Shown one piece after another: positions 34,703 to 48,834 of a stretch of 64,000 bases of DNA (position 1 is the stretch's first letter; each line of letters starts with the position of its first letter). The stretch covers positions 20,212,001-20,276,000 of the forward strand of contig NC_082731.1 of the NCBI RefSeq assembly GCF_030144855.1. The letters are read 5' to 3'. The notes below the pieces were generated by a model. That model was not told the DNA's origin, made no database searches, and worked only from the letters and a program-made list of their open reading frames with translations. The position numbers were made by a program, and so were the translations under genes. This DNA comes from Hypanus sabinus. Taxonomy: Eukaryota.

Positions 34703-36539
34703 AGAAAGCACATTTCATAGGGAAAATAATAACTGAAATGTGCCGACTGCGATGGCTTCGACAACAGTTCCACATACTCTACCACCAGGATTAGTGGTAA
34801 TTAGTGGTAAAATTAGTGCGCCTTCATTGTTCCGGTCCTGGAGGCGGGCTGATTCGAAGCTGGTTCTGCCACCTGATGGGTTGTGTGAGAACACGGGGGA
34901 TTTAAAGCAGCAAGAACTGGATACCCGATTTCTTTGAACACAGGGCTTGGAAAAAGCGACGCCACAGACTTTCAACACCATAAATCAGCGGAACGTTTGT
35001 TACGTCTCTCCTCTCGCTGTGAAAAGGGAACACCTCTTTTCCATTTAGATGGGACAAAGAGATCATATGATATGTCGACTACTGGTTGAAGGATTTGTCT
35101 TTGATGTACTACATATATCTGTCTTTCTTAATGCTTTGCTGAAGGGCTGAGTGCTCTTGTTGGGTATCGATGCTTTTTTACTGGGTTGGGTGATGCTGCT
35201 TATGCGTGGCAGGTGAGTGTTGGGGGGCGGATTTGCCTTTCTAAAATCTACCATTCATTCTTTGGGGCACCCCTCTGTTTTCCTGGATGTTTTCGAAGAA
35301 ATATTATTGTCCGATGTGTATTGTATACATTTCTCTAACAATAAATGTATGTATTTAGCTTATCGAATCCAATGTACCCTTAGAGTTCAGGAATCGTAGA
35401 AACAATAAACCAAAGAATACCTTTGCGAAACTACAGCTGATTGGAAAGACATGGGTCTATGTATCGCCATTCATCCTTTCAGCAGCTGCGGCCAGCGATC
35501 GACTGGGTAGTTCGGGCAGGAGTGCAACCAGAGAGAGGTCGTTACAGTAATTGAAATGGAGATCAGCCGAACCCCTTTGTTCTAAGTCTATCTCTTGTTT
35601 CAAGGTTTGCCTATGAGACTCCGTTTCCATGTGTCTAGGCTCCGCATCAAGGCCCCGTGTCAAGGTTCCATATCAGGGCTTTGTGTCAAGATTTTTCCTG
35701 CTTGCTGTTCGGCGTTTACCTCCATGTAAGCATCCGGACCAAATCTCCGTGCCTGTGTCCTGCCCTTGGGTTCGCTTCCTACGCTTCGGATCTTCGCGGG
35801 AATCGGACACTTTCTCAGGATTCCACGACTGGCCCGATATTCGACATGCCAAGGGTTTGGGTTGGGAATCTCGATCGTGTTTGGAAGCCTAAGATCTCGG
35901 GGCTGTGGTGACGGGCGGATCGAGGGACGGTGTCACGGCAGGAGACTCCTGTGTCGTCGCGGAGTTTGGAAAATCTTTCCCTGTGGGCCCGAAGACCCGA
36001 GTTCTTTGCGATCTTCGGACACAGAGCTCGAAAAAAACAACGAAAAGGACTTTTAAGATCTTAAACCAGCGGATTGTTTTTATATCTGCTGCTTCCTGTG
36101 AAAATGGGGGATACCTCCCTCTCTCTTGTCAGGGAGAGTGAGAGAACCTATGGTTGTCGAATTTTGGATGAAATGCGAAGGTTTTTGGGTATCTTTGGTC
36201 TGTATCTTTACTATTGCTTAGCACACGCTTGTGCTCGGTGATGGTACGGTCGCCCGTTTAAAGGGTAGCACCTGTAGCAAGGCAGGTATCAGGACGAGCT
36301 CTGATGTCAGGACAGCGAATGTAGAGACCATCCAGCTCGTCCAAAAACAGAACAATGAAGAAATTGGAAGGCGATGTGTGGAACCAATCGAGCGAGGGGG
36401 ATAATGGGCAGATGGAGCCATTTACGGGAGGGGAACCGAGGGGAATGCTTGTCTGCAGGTGCTGGAATGTGACAAGGTAGGTGATTTATTAAATCTGTTA
36501 CATGTCTATTAACTCTTGCTCAGTCCTGTGAGATGGAGA

Positions 36540-36830
36540 GCAGGGATGACAGGATCTTGCTTCGTTTCAGGGTATGAGCATAAGGAGAGGTTGGGGAAAC
36601 TTTGGAGCGTTGGAGGCTGGTGGGAAACCTGAGAAATCTGTATTGATGCATCACAGGTACAGATAGGACAGAGTAAAATTCTTTTCCAAAGGGCGCAAAT
36701 GTCAACTAATTGAATACATTGGTTTAAGGCAGGAAGGCAGAGTTTAAACGAGATTTTCCAAGCTCGTGTCTTCTTTACATGTCGAATTGTGGACACTTGC
36801 AACGCTCTATCCGGTGAAGTGTTGGAGGCA
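36540..36830 (+). mobile_element. Decayed CR1 3'-end fragment (duplicate)
   Basis: Paralog of 15140-15480. Confidence 0.6.
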
Positions 36831-37060
36831 TAACATAGCCCCCAGCGGATGTTGAACCATTTATTCCAGGTAAAATTAATGGTTATGAGTAATGCCCCAT
36901 CCCGTCTAATAGAGGCCCGATCAAGCTACTAAACTCAAGGTCACAGAAACGAACCACTTTCTAAGACCTTCCCACTTCGCCTTTTGTTCCTCAATTGAGT
37001 TGTTATAAAGTACTTCGAAACCTCGTTTTCAGCACTCTTTCAAACGACTACTCCACACTT

Positions 37061-38053
37061 TGTTGGGGTCCAGTCCGAAGCCCGCCTGCAGGGTCTTGCT
37101 CCGGTCCGCAGACTCCGGACTCCGGGCCTTGCTCCGGTCCCCGGACTCCGGACTCCGGGCCTTGCAGCCAGCCCTCCTGTCACACGGAGAAATTGGATCA
37201 TCTGGGCTCAAGGACGTACACCTGTTGCCTATTAGCGGGCTGGTGTTTATAAGGGTCTCGGGCACTGAGCCTAGTTCTGGAGTCGTCCTGCTCCGTAGCC
37301 GTTTTAACCCGCTATTTACCTGGATCGCCGGCTCTGAATCCTGTCTGTATCCTGTTCTGCCCTAGTTGCCGCCCTGCTTGGAATCCTGTTCTGCCCTGGT
37401 TGCCGCCCTGCTCGGAATCCTGTTCTGCCCTGGTTGCCGGCCTGTTCTGTATATGCCCTATCCGGTTGGTCTTGTTCCCTGCTTCTCTCCTGTGCGCTGG
37501 TTCCGCTGTTCCGACTTATTCTCCTTGATCGCGCTCCCACACAATCTGTTGCCATTCCCAATTTACCGGTGTATCACGGTAGTCCTGCTGTTCATCCTGG
37601 ACCCAGCTTCCTTCTGATCCCTTGCCTCTGTCGGGCAGGTCCGGCCGGACTGCCTCTGCCCGGCGGGGGTTCTGCTCTTTCCACCCATCTCCCTTTTCCT
37701 ACCCGTTGCCTCCGTCGGGCAGATCCGGCCGGCGGGGTTTGTGCCCTTTCCACATATTGCTCCCTAAGGGTTGTGCTCCGCACCTGCCCCAGGCCTCTAT
37801 GGTTCCGCCTAGGATGCGGCACTGTCTGCCACAAACTCTGGGATCCTCCTGTCTGCCTCGTCTGAACAATGGAATCCTTCTGCCCTGCCTGAAAACTGGG
37901 ATGCTCCTGTATGCCACGAACTCTGGGATCCTCTTGCCTCCGGGATCCTGACCCGCCTGTCTGACCCCTAACATGCAATGTCACCCCCATCCTGTCCTAG
38001 TCATTCAGTGTCTGCGTCCTGCATTTGGGTCCATTCCATGTCCGCTCCTGACA
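37061..38053 (+). mobile_element. Solo LTR (993 bp), probably Gypsy-type, with 5-bp TSD
   Basis: TGT...ACA termini. CACTT at 37056-37060 and 38054-38058. GC-rich internal tandem repeats, TATA-like TTTATAAGG, and GTCCTGCATTTGGGTCC near the 3' end. Empty sites at ~15910 and ~50400. Confidence 0.85.
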
Positions 38054-41000
38054 CACTTCCAGACAATCGTTCTTTGGAATTTCCCACTTTGAGAAAGAAT
38101 GACTCAACCTCTTGTGCACCTGTGCCCAGGAGTGCATGTACCACATTCTGCAAGGATCATAACCTTTCCCAGTAATTTGCCCTAGATGCGATGTTTCCGA
38201 AACTACAGTCGCAGTGGCTTCAAACTCCGCTGTGCACTCTCATCTCCAGCCACCATGTTCATTCATACTGAAATGATTGATCGACAGTTGCATGTACAGG
38301 TTGGAAAATAAATTGCATTTATGGATCTGTACAAATACTGAGGGCTCTATACTCGGACAAGACAGTTAAAGGGGAGCAATGGCCATTGTAGATCCAGGAA
38401 AGTGTGAAATAATACGCACAAGCCAAGGGCAGCCAGCAGGTACAACCAAAGGCACTCACAACGGAACCACCGTAATCGCACTGACAGCTGTTCACAAGTC
38501 AATATCGGCAGTTTGGGACCCTGGAATTAATCCCGCGAGTACCGTCCTCACAGAGAGGGAGGCACAAGAATGTCAAATAGGAATAGAGCAGGAAAATGAT
38601 ATGTGTGCAATGGAAACACCTCTGGACGGAAAGCAGGGAATACTTTGTGGATGGGTGTTGGAGGTATATAAACTAGAACACACGGTCTGTGGTGAAGGAC
38701 GCAGGTGAAGAATGAGCTTCAGCAGCACTGACAGGGAATTGCTAAGCTCAGGTGGTGGATTGGCTGGCCCCGACAGAAACAATGCGCTATAGGAAAGGCA
38801 GAGAGCAAATATATATTCAGACAGCCCGTATACCTTCGGGACGGTTATCGGATGTCCTGGGACGATGAGGATTTTTAAACGCAACAGGTTCAGGTATTGA
38901 GCACGGGCACCAAATACAACAACTGCTGGAAGCACTGTCTGCCAGCTCAAGTGACAGTAATTAAAGTGGAATGTCAGCGGTATGAGAAGAGTAAAGAGCA
39001 GAAAGTAATAACAAGAAATTGCAAGTGTGCAGGAAGAAACGTCGGCAGCCGGTTGAATAAAAACAGACAGATCCGAGGAGACCCTTGGATACCATTCAAA
39101 AAGTAGCGGGGAGAGTTGGGGAAAGCTTAAGTCTTGTCATAATGAAGAATAGAAAACCTGCAGCGGCTGGAAATCTAAGAAATACACATAAAGTGCTGGA
39201 GGAGTTGACCTGGACAGGCAACATCTCTGTAGTGATGATCTGTAATTAAGCTGCCTGGCCTCCTGCGTTTCTCCGGCATTTTGTGTGTATTGTCTTGTAA
39301 TTACGGATCACTTCAGCCCGCGGGTAGAGGATTTCCGAACCAGAGACTGCATCGCCAGCAGCGCTGCACGGAGTGTTGTCAGGTAATCCTTCCAGGGTGA
39401 AGAACTCGTTAGGTGGTTAAGACCAGGAAGCACATTTCACAGGGAAAGTGATAAATGAAATGTGCCGACTGCGATGGATTCGACAATGGTTACACATCCC
39501 TTATCACCACGAGGCTACCCGTAGGTTTAGTGCGCCTTCAGCGTCCCGGACCTCGTGGGGGACTGATTCCAGGCCGGCGCTGCCGCCTGATGTTTTGTTT
39601 GAGTACGCGGCAGATCTAAAACTGCACAGTACTATGGGACTGAGTTCTTTGGGCACAGAGCTCAGAAAAAGCCAAGCCACAGACTTTGAACACCATAAAT
39701 CAGTGAGATGTTTATTATGTCCCTCTTTACGCTGTGAAACGGGAACACCTCTTTTCGCATTATGAAGGAGAAAGAGTGGCTGTGATATTTCGAATATGGG
39801 TGAACAATTTGCCTTTGATGAACTGCATATATCTGTCTTTCCTAATGCTTTGCTGAAGGGTTGAGTGCTCTTGCCCGGTGCCGATTCTTTTTACTGATGG
39901 GGGATGGGATCTCGTTGCTTTGATACTGCTTCCGCGAGGCAGGGTGTGGGGGTTGGCGTGTGGGTGGGTATTGGGGCGGGCGGATCTCCGTTTCTATTCT
40001 CTTCCATTCATTCTTTGGGACACTCCTCTATTTTCCTGGATGTTTTAGAAGAAATATTATTGCAGGATGTATTTTCTATACATTTCTCTGACAATAAAAC
40101 TACCTTTCGAACATATTGAACCCTCAGTGTTCAGGGATGGTAGAAAGCATAAACCAAAGAATACCTTTGCCAAAGCGACAGCTGATGCGGAAAGACATGG
40201 GTTGATGTATTACCATTCATCCTGATGAGATTGGGAGTAATCCAAACAGCACGCTGGTTTTCAGCCACAATGAGCATTTGGTAGTGTGAAAAATCAGATT
40301 CCTCATGGGATAATAACGGGTGCGGTGAGCCTGGCGTGTACAGGGATAGACTGACGCAGTACGTGAAAGAGCTTTGTACACTTTATGAGTATTGAAGGAT
40401 CGAGCCAAACAGCAGCACGTTGATGATCAGAGAGATCCACTGGGAAAGGAGATAGTCCTTCCAAATCCCAGCGACCCAGTCATGATGAGGGTTTTGCTTG
40501 AAAGTGTATGCTCCCAGATTGATCGGACCACCGATGGTACTTTTATAAAGTGAAACTAGTTTGTGGAGACTTCACGAGGCAGCCAGTGGAAACAATGGAT
40601 TCAGGTTATACTGTCCGACTCTGCTTCTTGTTGCCACCACAGGGAAAGCCGGAGCAGGAGTGCAGCTCGTAACCGTGTAATTACAGAGAATCCCCGAGAT
40701 GGACACCAGCCAGAACAGACCACAGTTGATGGAAACTGATCCGCAGTAAAAGCGAAGGTGGAGGTGATCGATGTTGTGACAGAACCACGTGAATAACATG
40801 CTAAAGAGTGAAGGTAAAATTACTCTGTTCTGCCCGCTGATTACTGAAGGTATATAATTAGTTGAATAAGTGAAAATAGAAAATATATTGCAGAGAACGG
40901 ATGGGCAGGGATTTAAGTTAAAGCAGACTTATCCATAACTTCGGTACCATGGTAGAATGAGCAGGATTGCAGAAGGAATCTGTAGGGTGTTACACTCAGC

Positions 41001-42778
41001 CTGAATAGGGAATAGAAGTGGACTGGCCCCTTTCAGCAGTTGCACGCAGCGATCGCCTGGGTAATTCGGACAGGAAAGCAACCAAGGAGAGGTCGTTGCA
41101 GTAATAGAAATGGAGACTACCCGAACCCCTTATTGTACATCGATGTGAGGGCCCGTGAGCCTGATGAATTTACTTTTCTACTGCCACTAAGAAGAGAGGG
41201 TAGTAGGTAGCAAAGAGTGGATGGATGAAGACAAGGAATTTACTAAGCTTCAATCGGCCAGCAAAGAAAGAGCCAACAGGCTTACGCATGAGGCTGCATT
41301 TTTAAAGACTGTTGTCCACATTTCTGGAGAAACTCTCCGCTTAGTATTTTAAAGGTAGCAATTAGGAATAATAGGGTAGATATATATGAGCCTACAGGAA
41401 TTATGGGAAATTGCGACGGAGTGCATTTTTGCTGTCCAATTTGAGTGGATCTTCCTTAAGATTGGCCTTTCGTGGTAGATAATTATTTTTCTCTGGGGTG
41501 CAAGAGGGGTAAATGTTTGAGAGAATTTTCAATGCAACACATGTGGCAATAAGTGTAACTGACTTCGGCCACAAGCCTTCAGAGTCGAATAGGCACTTTA
41601 GATTACTGTATAACCGAGCTCTGAACAATAGGCTCCTAAACGACGTAGAACACGGACCGGGCAATGCGTATTAGAATTAATTTATATGTCTGTGGTATGG
41701 CTGTGATTCGTGAGGTATGAGGTTTGTGTATGCTTCCAAAGAAGCCATTATGGGTGCATTGTAAATGTGGAATTGTCCTTTGAGGGAGAATGCATAGTAT
41801 ATGAGCCAGCCTGGGCAGCGTGTCCTTTCAACCGAAAGGGCCTCAGTACAGTATATTGCCTGCTGTATCATGTTTTTTCAAAAAATTCACCCTGAGTTTT
41901 ATCGACACTTGTTTTTAGGTGCCTCATTTGCTCCACCCTCTCCTAAGGGACCCTCCTACCTTCCTCTCCCTCTATGCTTTCCGCAGGGATTGCTATTTCC
42001 GGGATTCCTATTCATTTGTCCTCACCACTGATATTCAACCAGGCACTTATTATTGTAAGCGGCTTGATAGCTACACCTGCGTCACTACCATTGAGAGCCG
42101 AATACGTTTTACTTATTTTCTGCCCTAGTGGCGTTTCCTCCGTTTGGCGGAGGGAAGACATGCGGAGAGAAATGTGTCTGAATTCCGGTTTGCGGCTGGT
42201 CAGAGGAGAGAATAAAAACCAGGGAAAAGTGTTGGGAGCTAATATGCTGCGAAAACGGAGGGAGAAAGAGGGCGATTGGGAATAATGGAGTGAGAAAGGG
42301 AATAAATGAAGGAGACGTAAGAGCACTGAAATTGTGCGTGTGTGAGTGAGAGAGAAATGGTGATCGATAGAGCAGTAAGTAGAGCGAGAGGCAGGGGAAG
42401 AGAGAGAAACTGGGAAGGGGAGAATTATAGGAAGAATAATGTAAGAAAGGAATGAGGTCCAGCCACCGTGGGGTAGTGTTTACCGGGAAGCTGTTTTCAG
42501 TGCCGGGCATCGGATTTCGGTGTTCGATTCTTGCGCTTCTATAAAGGGCCGGAAAACCTCCCTTCGGAAAGTGCGGAAATTCTGCGGGATCTCCAGTCTC
42601 CGCTCACAGTCCAACGATGTACTAATAAGTATGTTAATGACTCATTGTAATTCAATCGGTGATTAGGTTAGGGTCTCGGATCTCTAGAAGTGAAACTCGG
42701 TGACCGATGGGAGTTTTCCGTGATCGACTGCTCAGTAAATAAATAAAACAAAAGTGTAAAGTGTGGGACTAAGAAAGC

Positions 42779-42780
<2 letters not shown>

Positions 42781-42860
<80 letters not shown>
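42781..42860. repeat. (GA)40 microsatellite upstream of V4
   Basis: Direct count. Confidence 0.95.
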
Positions 42861-42864
<4 letters not shown>

Positions 42865-43149
42865 GAACGAGTGAGCGAGAGAAAAGGAATGGAAAAGACG
42901 GAACAAGAGTGAAGGAAGGATATATCGGGGAGGGTTGCCTTTAGAAAGCAATTGAGGAGCATGAAAATAAAGAGGGAAAGATTAAGTATTAGCAAGAAAC
43001 GAGATAGAGGAAAGCAACGCTTGTGAAAATGAAGGAACGATCGATGTAGGGACACGGGAGGGAATGAAAAATGGAAGGTTAGAGATGAATATGGTGTGAG
43101 GCGTTCAGAGAGAGATGGATAGATTGTGTGAGTGAGTGATATATATATC

Positions 43150-43152
<3 letters not shown>

Positions 43153-43188
<36 letters not shown>
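43153..43188. repeat. (AG)18 microsatellite upstream of V4
   Basis: Direct count. Confidence 0.9.
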
Positions 43189-43194
<6 letters not shown>

Positions 43195-43427
43195 AGCAAA
43201 ACTCAATATTCACCATAGACTTACTGAAGTGAATTTACATGCAGAGAGGAATATGGAGAAAGAACAAGCATTGAGAAGAGATGTGCGGAATAAATGCCGG
43301 AGAGTCAGCGAGAGATACTGAGAGCATGTAATAATGAAAAAGGAGAAGAATCATTGCGAGGAAGTAATACGAGATAGAAAGAGGTACAAAGGCAAGCAGA
43401 AACTGCAAAAAGAACTGAAACAAAATG

Positions 43428-43472
43428 TGATTGGTGTCTGGACCGGATTCATTCGGCGCTCACAGCCAATCA
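43428..43472 (+). promoter_or_regulatory. V4 promoter: inverted CCAAT pair
   Basis: TGATTGG ... AGCCAATCA, same spacing. Confidence 0.6.
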
Positions 43473-43603
43473 ATGCAACGGCAGGGCTGCGCCCCCACAT
43501 GTACGCAAGCTGAAATATGCCGCAGGTCTGATTTTGCTCTTCATTATCGGGCAAGTATATTAAGTTATTCGACTGCAAGGAAGTTGTACTTAATCCGGAC
43601 ACG

Positions 43604-44036
43604 ATGAATTTCCTGTGTTCTCTGCTGATTATATTGACTATGATGCCCGGTGAGTCTTCGCGGTAACGGTCTGTATCTGTCCCTTATGTCCGGAGAAAGC
43701 TCGATCTGTTCATGCATTCTGTCATTTTATTGCAGGAGCAATTGGGAAAGATTCCGTGAAGCAGTGGCCGACTGATATAACGATTGTGGAAGAACAAAAT
43801 GTAACACTGAACTGTAATTACACTGGCGTACCTAACTATATTATTTGGTACGTTCAGCATCGAGTGGAATCTCCAAAATACTTGCTAAAGATGGATAGCA
43901 GCGAAAAGATGTATCGACATGCAGAATGCCCGGCGAGGTTTTCTGGTGGTTGGCAGAGAGACAACAAGACGGCACATTTGAAGATCTCTGGTGCTTTTGT
44001 GTCGGACTCCGCCGTGTATCTTTGTGCCATGAGTCC
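43604..44036 (+). CDS. TRAV: TCR alpha/delta-like V gene V4, join(43604..43649,43736..44036), open
   Basis: Leader MNFLCSLLIILTMMP|G; V exon NCNYTGVPNYIIWYVQ..KMDSSEKMYRHAECPARFSGG..YLCAMS. Confidence 0.92.
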
Positions 44037-44075
44037 CACAGTGTTGTAAGTTGATGACAGCCGCGGACAAAATCC
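44037..44075 (+). other. 23-RSS of V4
   Basis: CACAGTG + 23 bp + ACAAAATCC. Confidence 0.95.
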
Positions 44076-44095
44076 TTCCATGATGCAGTGAGCGG

Positions 44096-44109
44096 TCACT
44101 AGAGGGAGC
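44096..44109 (+). promoter_or_regulatory. CTCF-like motif 20 bp 3' of the V4 RSS
   Basis: TCACTAGAGGGAGC, 12/14 match to core. Confidence 0.6.
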
Positions 44110-46929
44110 CCTTTGTCCAGACGCTGGCAGGAGCGCAGAAACAGATCCTCACGGTCACGTGATCGACTTAAGAATGCGAATATTATTCGCAGATGATATG
44201 CAGATTTGAGAAAATCTCTGTCCCTGGAATCTGCATTTGTTTGCTCAACATGAAACGTTATAAAATATTTCCCAATCACTTGCGATAAGTTAGTTGACAC
44301 AGGGGGGCAATACTAGCGATAACTGATATGAACAATAAATGGACAGGACATTATATTACTGGTACAGGAGAAATACTGGTGAAAATAGTAAGGAGCGAAT
44401 TGCAAACACTCGAAATAGGCGAGGATCCACTTTTGGTGTTTTTCTGTATCTGTCCAAATAATGAGGGTACTATTCTCGGAATAGACACTGAAAGGGAAGG
44501 AAGGGCTAATGTAGATCCAGGAAACTTAAATAATTTGCACAAGCCAAGGGTAGCGAGCACGTACAACCAAATTCGTACACAACGTAGTCAGCGTAATCGC
44601 TCTGATAGCTGTTCAGAAGTCAATAACGGTAATTAGGCACAATGGAATTAAATCCCCAAGCGCCCTCCTCACAGGGAGGGCGGAGCAAGGATGTCAAATA
44701 GGAATAGAGCAGGAGAAAGATATGAATACAGAGGAAACACCTCTGGACGGAAAGCAGGGAATCGCTTTGTGGATGGGTCTCGCTGGTGACATGAAGTTGT
44801 AAATGTCCAGAAAGAAACGTCGGAAGGCAGTTGAATAAAAACAGACCGCTCCGAGGTGACCCTCGGATAACATTCAAAACGCTGGGGGAAATGTTATGAC
44901 TCGTTATTATGAACAAAGGACAATCTGCAGATCCTTGAAATCCCATAAATACACACAGAGTGCTCGAGGAATTGACCTGATCAGGCAGCATCTCTGTAGT
45001 GATGAACTGTAATTAAGCTAACTCGTCTGCTGCTTTCCTCCAGCATTTTGTGTGTATTGTCTTGTAATTATGGATCACTTCAGTCGGCGCGTAGAGGCTT
45101 TCCGAACCAGAGACTGCATCGCCAGCAGCGCTGCACGGAGTGTTGTCAGGTAATCCTACCAAGGTAAAGAACTCTTCCAGATGGACTATGACCATGAAGC
45201 ATTTTTCACAAGAATAGTGATAAATTAAGTGTGCCGTCTGCGAGGGATTCGACAACAGTCCCACATACACTGCCAGCAAAGACGCCACCTGGAAGATTAG
45301 TTAGTCTTCAGGGTTCCGGTCCTTGACGCGGTCTGATTCGAGGCCGGTGCTGTGTGTTGTGTGAGTACGCGGAAGTACGCGCATCCAAATCAGCAATAAC
45401 TAGGGACTCGGGTTCTTTGAATACAGAGCTCAGAAAACGCGACGCCACAGACTGTGAACACCATAAATCAACGAGATGTTTGTTATGTCTCTCTTCTCAC
45501 TGTGAAAAAGGAACACCTCTTTTCCCATTATTTGTGAGAAAGAGACCCTGTGATATGTCGACTACTGGATGAAGGATTTGTCTTTGATGTACTGCATATA
45601 TCTGTCTTTCCTAAAGCTTTGCTGAAGGGTTGCGTGCACTTGCCGGGTACCGATGTTTTTTACTGGGATGGGGGGGGTGAGGGGGAGCTCGTTGCTTTGA
45701 TGCTGCTTATGCGTGGCAGGGGGGTGTTGGGTGGCGGCTTTGCCTTTCTGATATCTACCTTTCATTCTTTGGGGCACCCCTCTGTTTTCCTGGATTTTTT
45801 CGAAGAAGTATTATTTCAGAATGTATATTGTATACATTTCTCTAACAATAAATGTTTGTATTTAGCTTATCAAATCCAATGTACCCTTAGAGTTCAGGAA
45901 TCCTAGAAACAATAAACCGAAGAATACCTTTGCGAAAGTACAGCTAATGGGGAAAGTCATGGGTTGGTGTATTGCCATTCTTCCTTTCAGCAGCTGCGGC
46001 CAGCGATCGCCTGCGCAATTCGGGCAGGAGTGCAACCAGGGAGAGGTTGCTGCGGTAATTGAAATGGAGACACCCGAACCCCTTTGTTCTAAGTCTATCT
46101 CTTGTTTCATTTACCTATCAGACTCCGTTTCCCTAACTCAAGGCCCCGTGTCAAGGTTCCATATCAGGGCTCAGTCTCAAGATTTCTCCTGCTTGCTGTT
46201 CGGCGTTTACGCCCGTGTAAGCATCCACACTCAATCTCCGTGCCTGTGTCCTGAACTTGGGTTCGCTTCCTACGCTCGTGTAACACCCTCGTGTTGCAAT
46301 TTCAAATGTCCTACTGTTGAAGATAATACGGATACCATGTCTCCCTTGCTTTGGTTGCAGATCCTCATGACTTTTCTTCCTTGTGAGAGGCTGCCTAACT
46401 AGAAAGTCGTTCACTACTTGTTCAGTGCCATCAGGGCCGCTCTTAAACCTATTCGTTACAGGTACGAGATTCGTTGAGTGGGATCCGAAGAAATTAAATT
46501 TCATGGAATCTGCTGCTACACAGAAGCTGGCTAAGCCTATATGTGGCAAATCGTGGAAAAATGTTGACAATATTCATCACTGGGAATGCTATTCGGCCTG
46601 AAGAACGATCCGTCAGGATTTCGGGTTCTCTGGACAAGAATGACCAACAGTTACCATTTAAGTATTTCCGGGTTCCCGTGCCGGATCGCGCCCTGTTTCT
46701 TTGTTCTAGGGTAACGGCAGATCGAGATCAAAATCTAATCTGATTGCAGCAGGCTCCCGTACCAGACAGCGCCTTCAATTCGCTGTCATCATACAATGCA
46801 GGCCCGTCCAGGAAACGAAGGCGGCAACACACCCTCCCTAGACATTGAAAATATGAAGAAAACGTTTTAATAGGGATAGACTGACCTCGTCGGATTCTTT
46901 CATTCCCAGGGCGAGGCCAAATACAAAGT

Positions 46930-47850
46930 TTCATTTGCGAGGCAACAAAGACACCGTGGACGGGAGCGTTTAAGGTACTGTGTGACCAGTTACACTCGCC
47001 CCTGAGAGCATTGACGGGCCTGTTACGGGCTTCGTGGAGCAATCCATGTTTCAAGCCTTCCAAGGTAATGCTCCTCAGCTCTCTCTGTGCTACACACTGA
47101 CGACGTTATCAGTGTTTCATCGTGCACCCATGCTGAGCTCGTCAATTTCATCAACTTTGCCACCAATGTCCACCATGCACTAGCATTCAACTGGATACTT
47201 TCTGAAACCTTTCTCCCTTTTCTCGATCTCTCTCTCTCCATCTCTGGAGACAGCTTTTCTATTCCATTGTTATCTTGATTATACCTCTGTCTAGCGTATC
47301 CTGTAAAATGCTATTCCTATATTTTATGTTCTTCAGCTTCTCTGCATCAATTCCCAGGATGACGCTTTCCTTTCTAGGGCATCAGAGTATTGAGAATATC
47401 GGATACGTCTAAGATATCCGGTGCTCCCGATGCTATAAATTGCTGAGACCCGACAGATATTGAGGGATGTTTTGTCGAACATCTCCACTCCATCTGCGGG
47501 AAAAACGGATTTTCTCGCTGGCCAGCCATTTTAACTCCAATCTCTACTCCCTTTCCGACATTTTGGTCTGAACTCTATGGACTGTTCCTCTGCCACGGTG
47601 AGGAGACTCTCATTGTGGAGGAGCATCACCTCATATTCCGTCCAAGTAGGCTCCAATTTGAATGCATGGGTATTAATTTCGCCTTACGGTATTCCATTTT
47701 CTTCTATTGCTCACACTGGCTCTTATTTCTTCTCCTCACCTGCCCATCACCACCCCCTTGCGACTCTCATTCTTCCCTTCCTCGTATGGTCCACGTTCGT
47801 TTCCTGTCAGATTTTATCTTCTTCAGCTCCTTAACTTTGTTGAAGGGATT
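46930..47850 (+). mobile_element. Penelope-like element, duplicate of 11555-12490
   Basis: Same RT (TDDVISVSSCTHAELVNFINFA..FLDLSLSISGDS) and EEHHLIFRP..MGINF motifs. Confidence 0.8.
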
Positions 47851-48289
47851 TTTGGGTCAAGCACAGGTATCAATTAACTTAACTGTCTTCGGCCACAGGC
47901 CTACAGATTTGAACATGCGTTGTAAATTCAATTTAAAATAAAGATGTGAATCATTGTTCCCCAAAAGCTTTAAATCACTGAACAGAGAATGCTGATTAAA
48001 ATTCAGTCGGATATCTGTGGTCTGGGTGTATATCAGGAGTTGTGATTTGCGTGTAGTTTCCAAAAAAAACGTTGTGTAAGCACTGTAAATATGGAGTTGT
48101 ATTTTGATTTTCAGCACATAAAATATCGGGCAGCGTGGGTCAGCGAGACATTTCGACTGAAGGGGCCTCAATATGATTTCTACTGTATCTTATGTTGTCA
48201 AATAAAGAAACTGCTTCATGTCGACGAGTACTTCTCTCCAGTATTTTTTTCCTGTTCTACCTTCCCTCTTGTTCTGTCCGCCATTCAGG

Positions 48290-48625
48290 CCTATTATCTT
48301 TTCTCTTTTCCTTCCTGTCTCATTACTCTGGTGCCCCTTTTCCCTTTTTCGAATGGTTCACTCTCCTGTCCTCTGAGATTCCTTCTTTTCCAGCGCATCA
48401 CCTTTCTCACTCACCCGGTTTCTCGTATAATCATCTGAATTTTCCTCCTATCCGTACTCCTGTAGTTTTTTTAATTCAGGCGTCTTTCCCCCTTACTTTT
48501 CAGCACTTATTAACGGACTGGGACCGATGTATCGATTATTTTATTCGTTTCCATAGACGTTGACAACCTACTTAGTTCCTCCAGCATTTTGTTTGCTTTG
48601 TTTCGGATTTCGAGCATCTTCAGAA
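48290..48625 (+). mobile_element. Degenerate Penelope-like pseudo-LTR (duplicate)
   Basis: Paralog of 12930-13265. Confidence 0.55.
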
Positions 48626-48834
48626 AGCAGTGGGGTTTTCAATCGGATTGAGGGATCGTGGAATTTTTCGGCTGTTCGTCCGTATTTTCATTCCAATGAA
48701 ATCGTCGAGGTTGGTGAGGGTGGAATGCGTCGGAAGTGGGATGGCTCCGATGGTGAATGGGCTCCCAACTGTGAAAAATCTGTGCGTCGATATACTGTTG
48801 CTCAGAAAAATTCAGTGTGAGACTGATAATGAGT

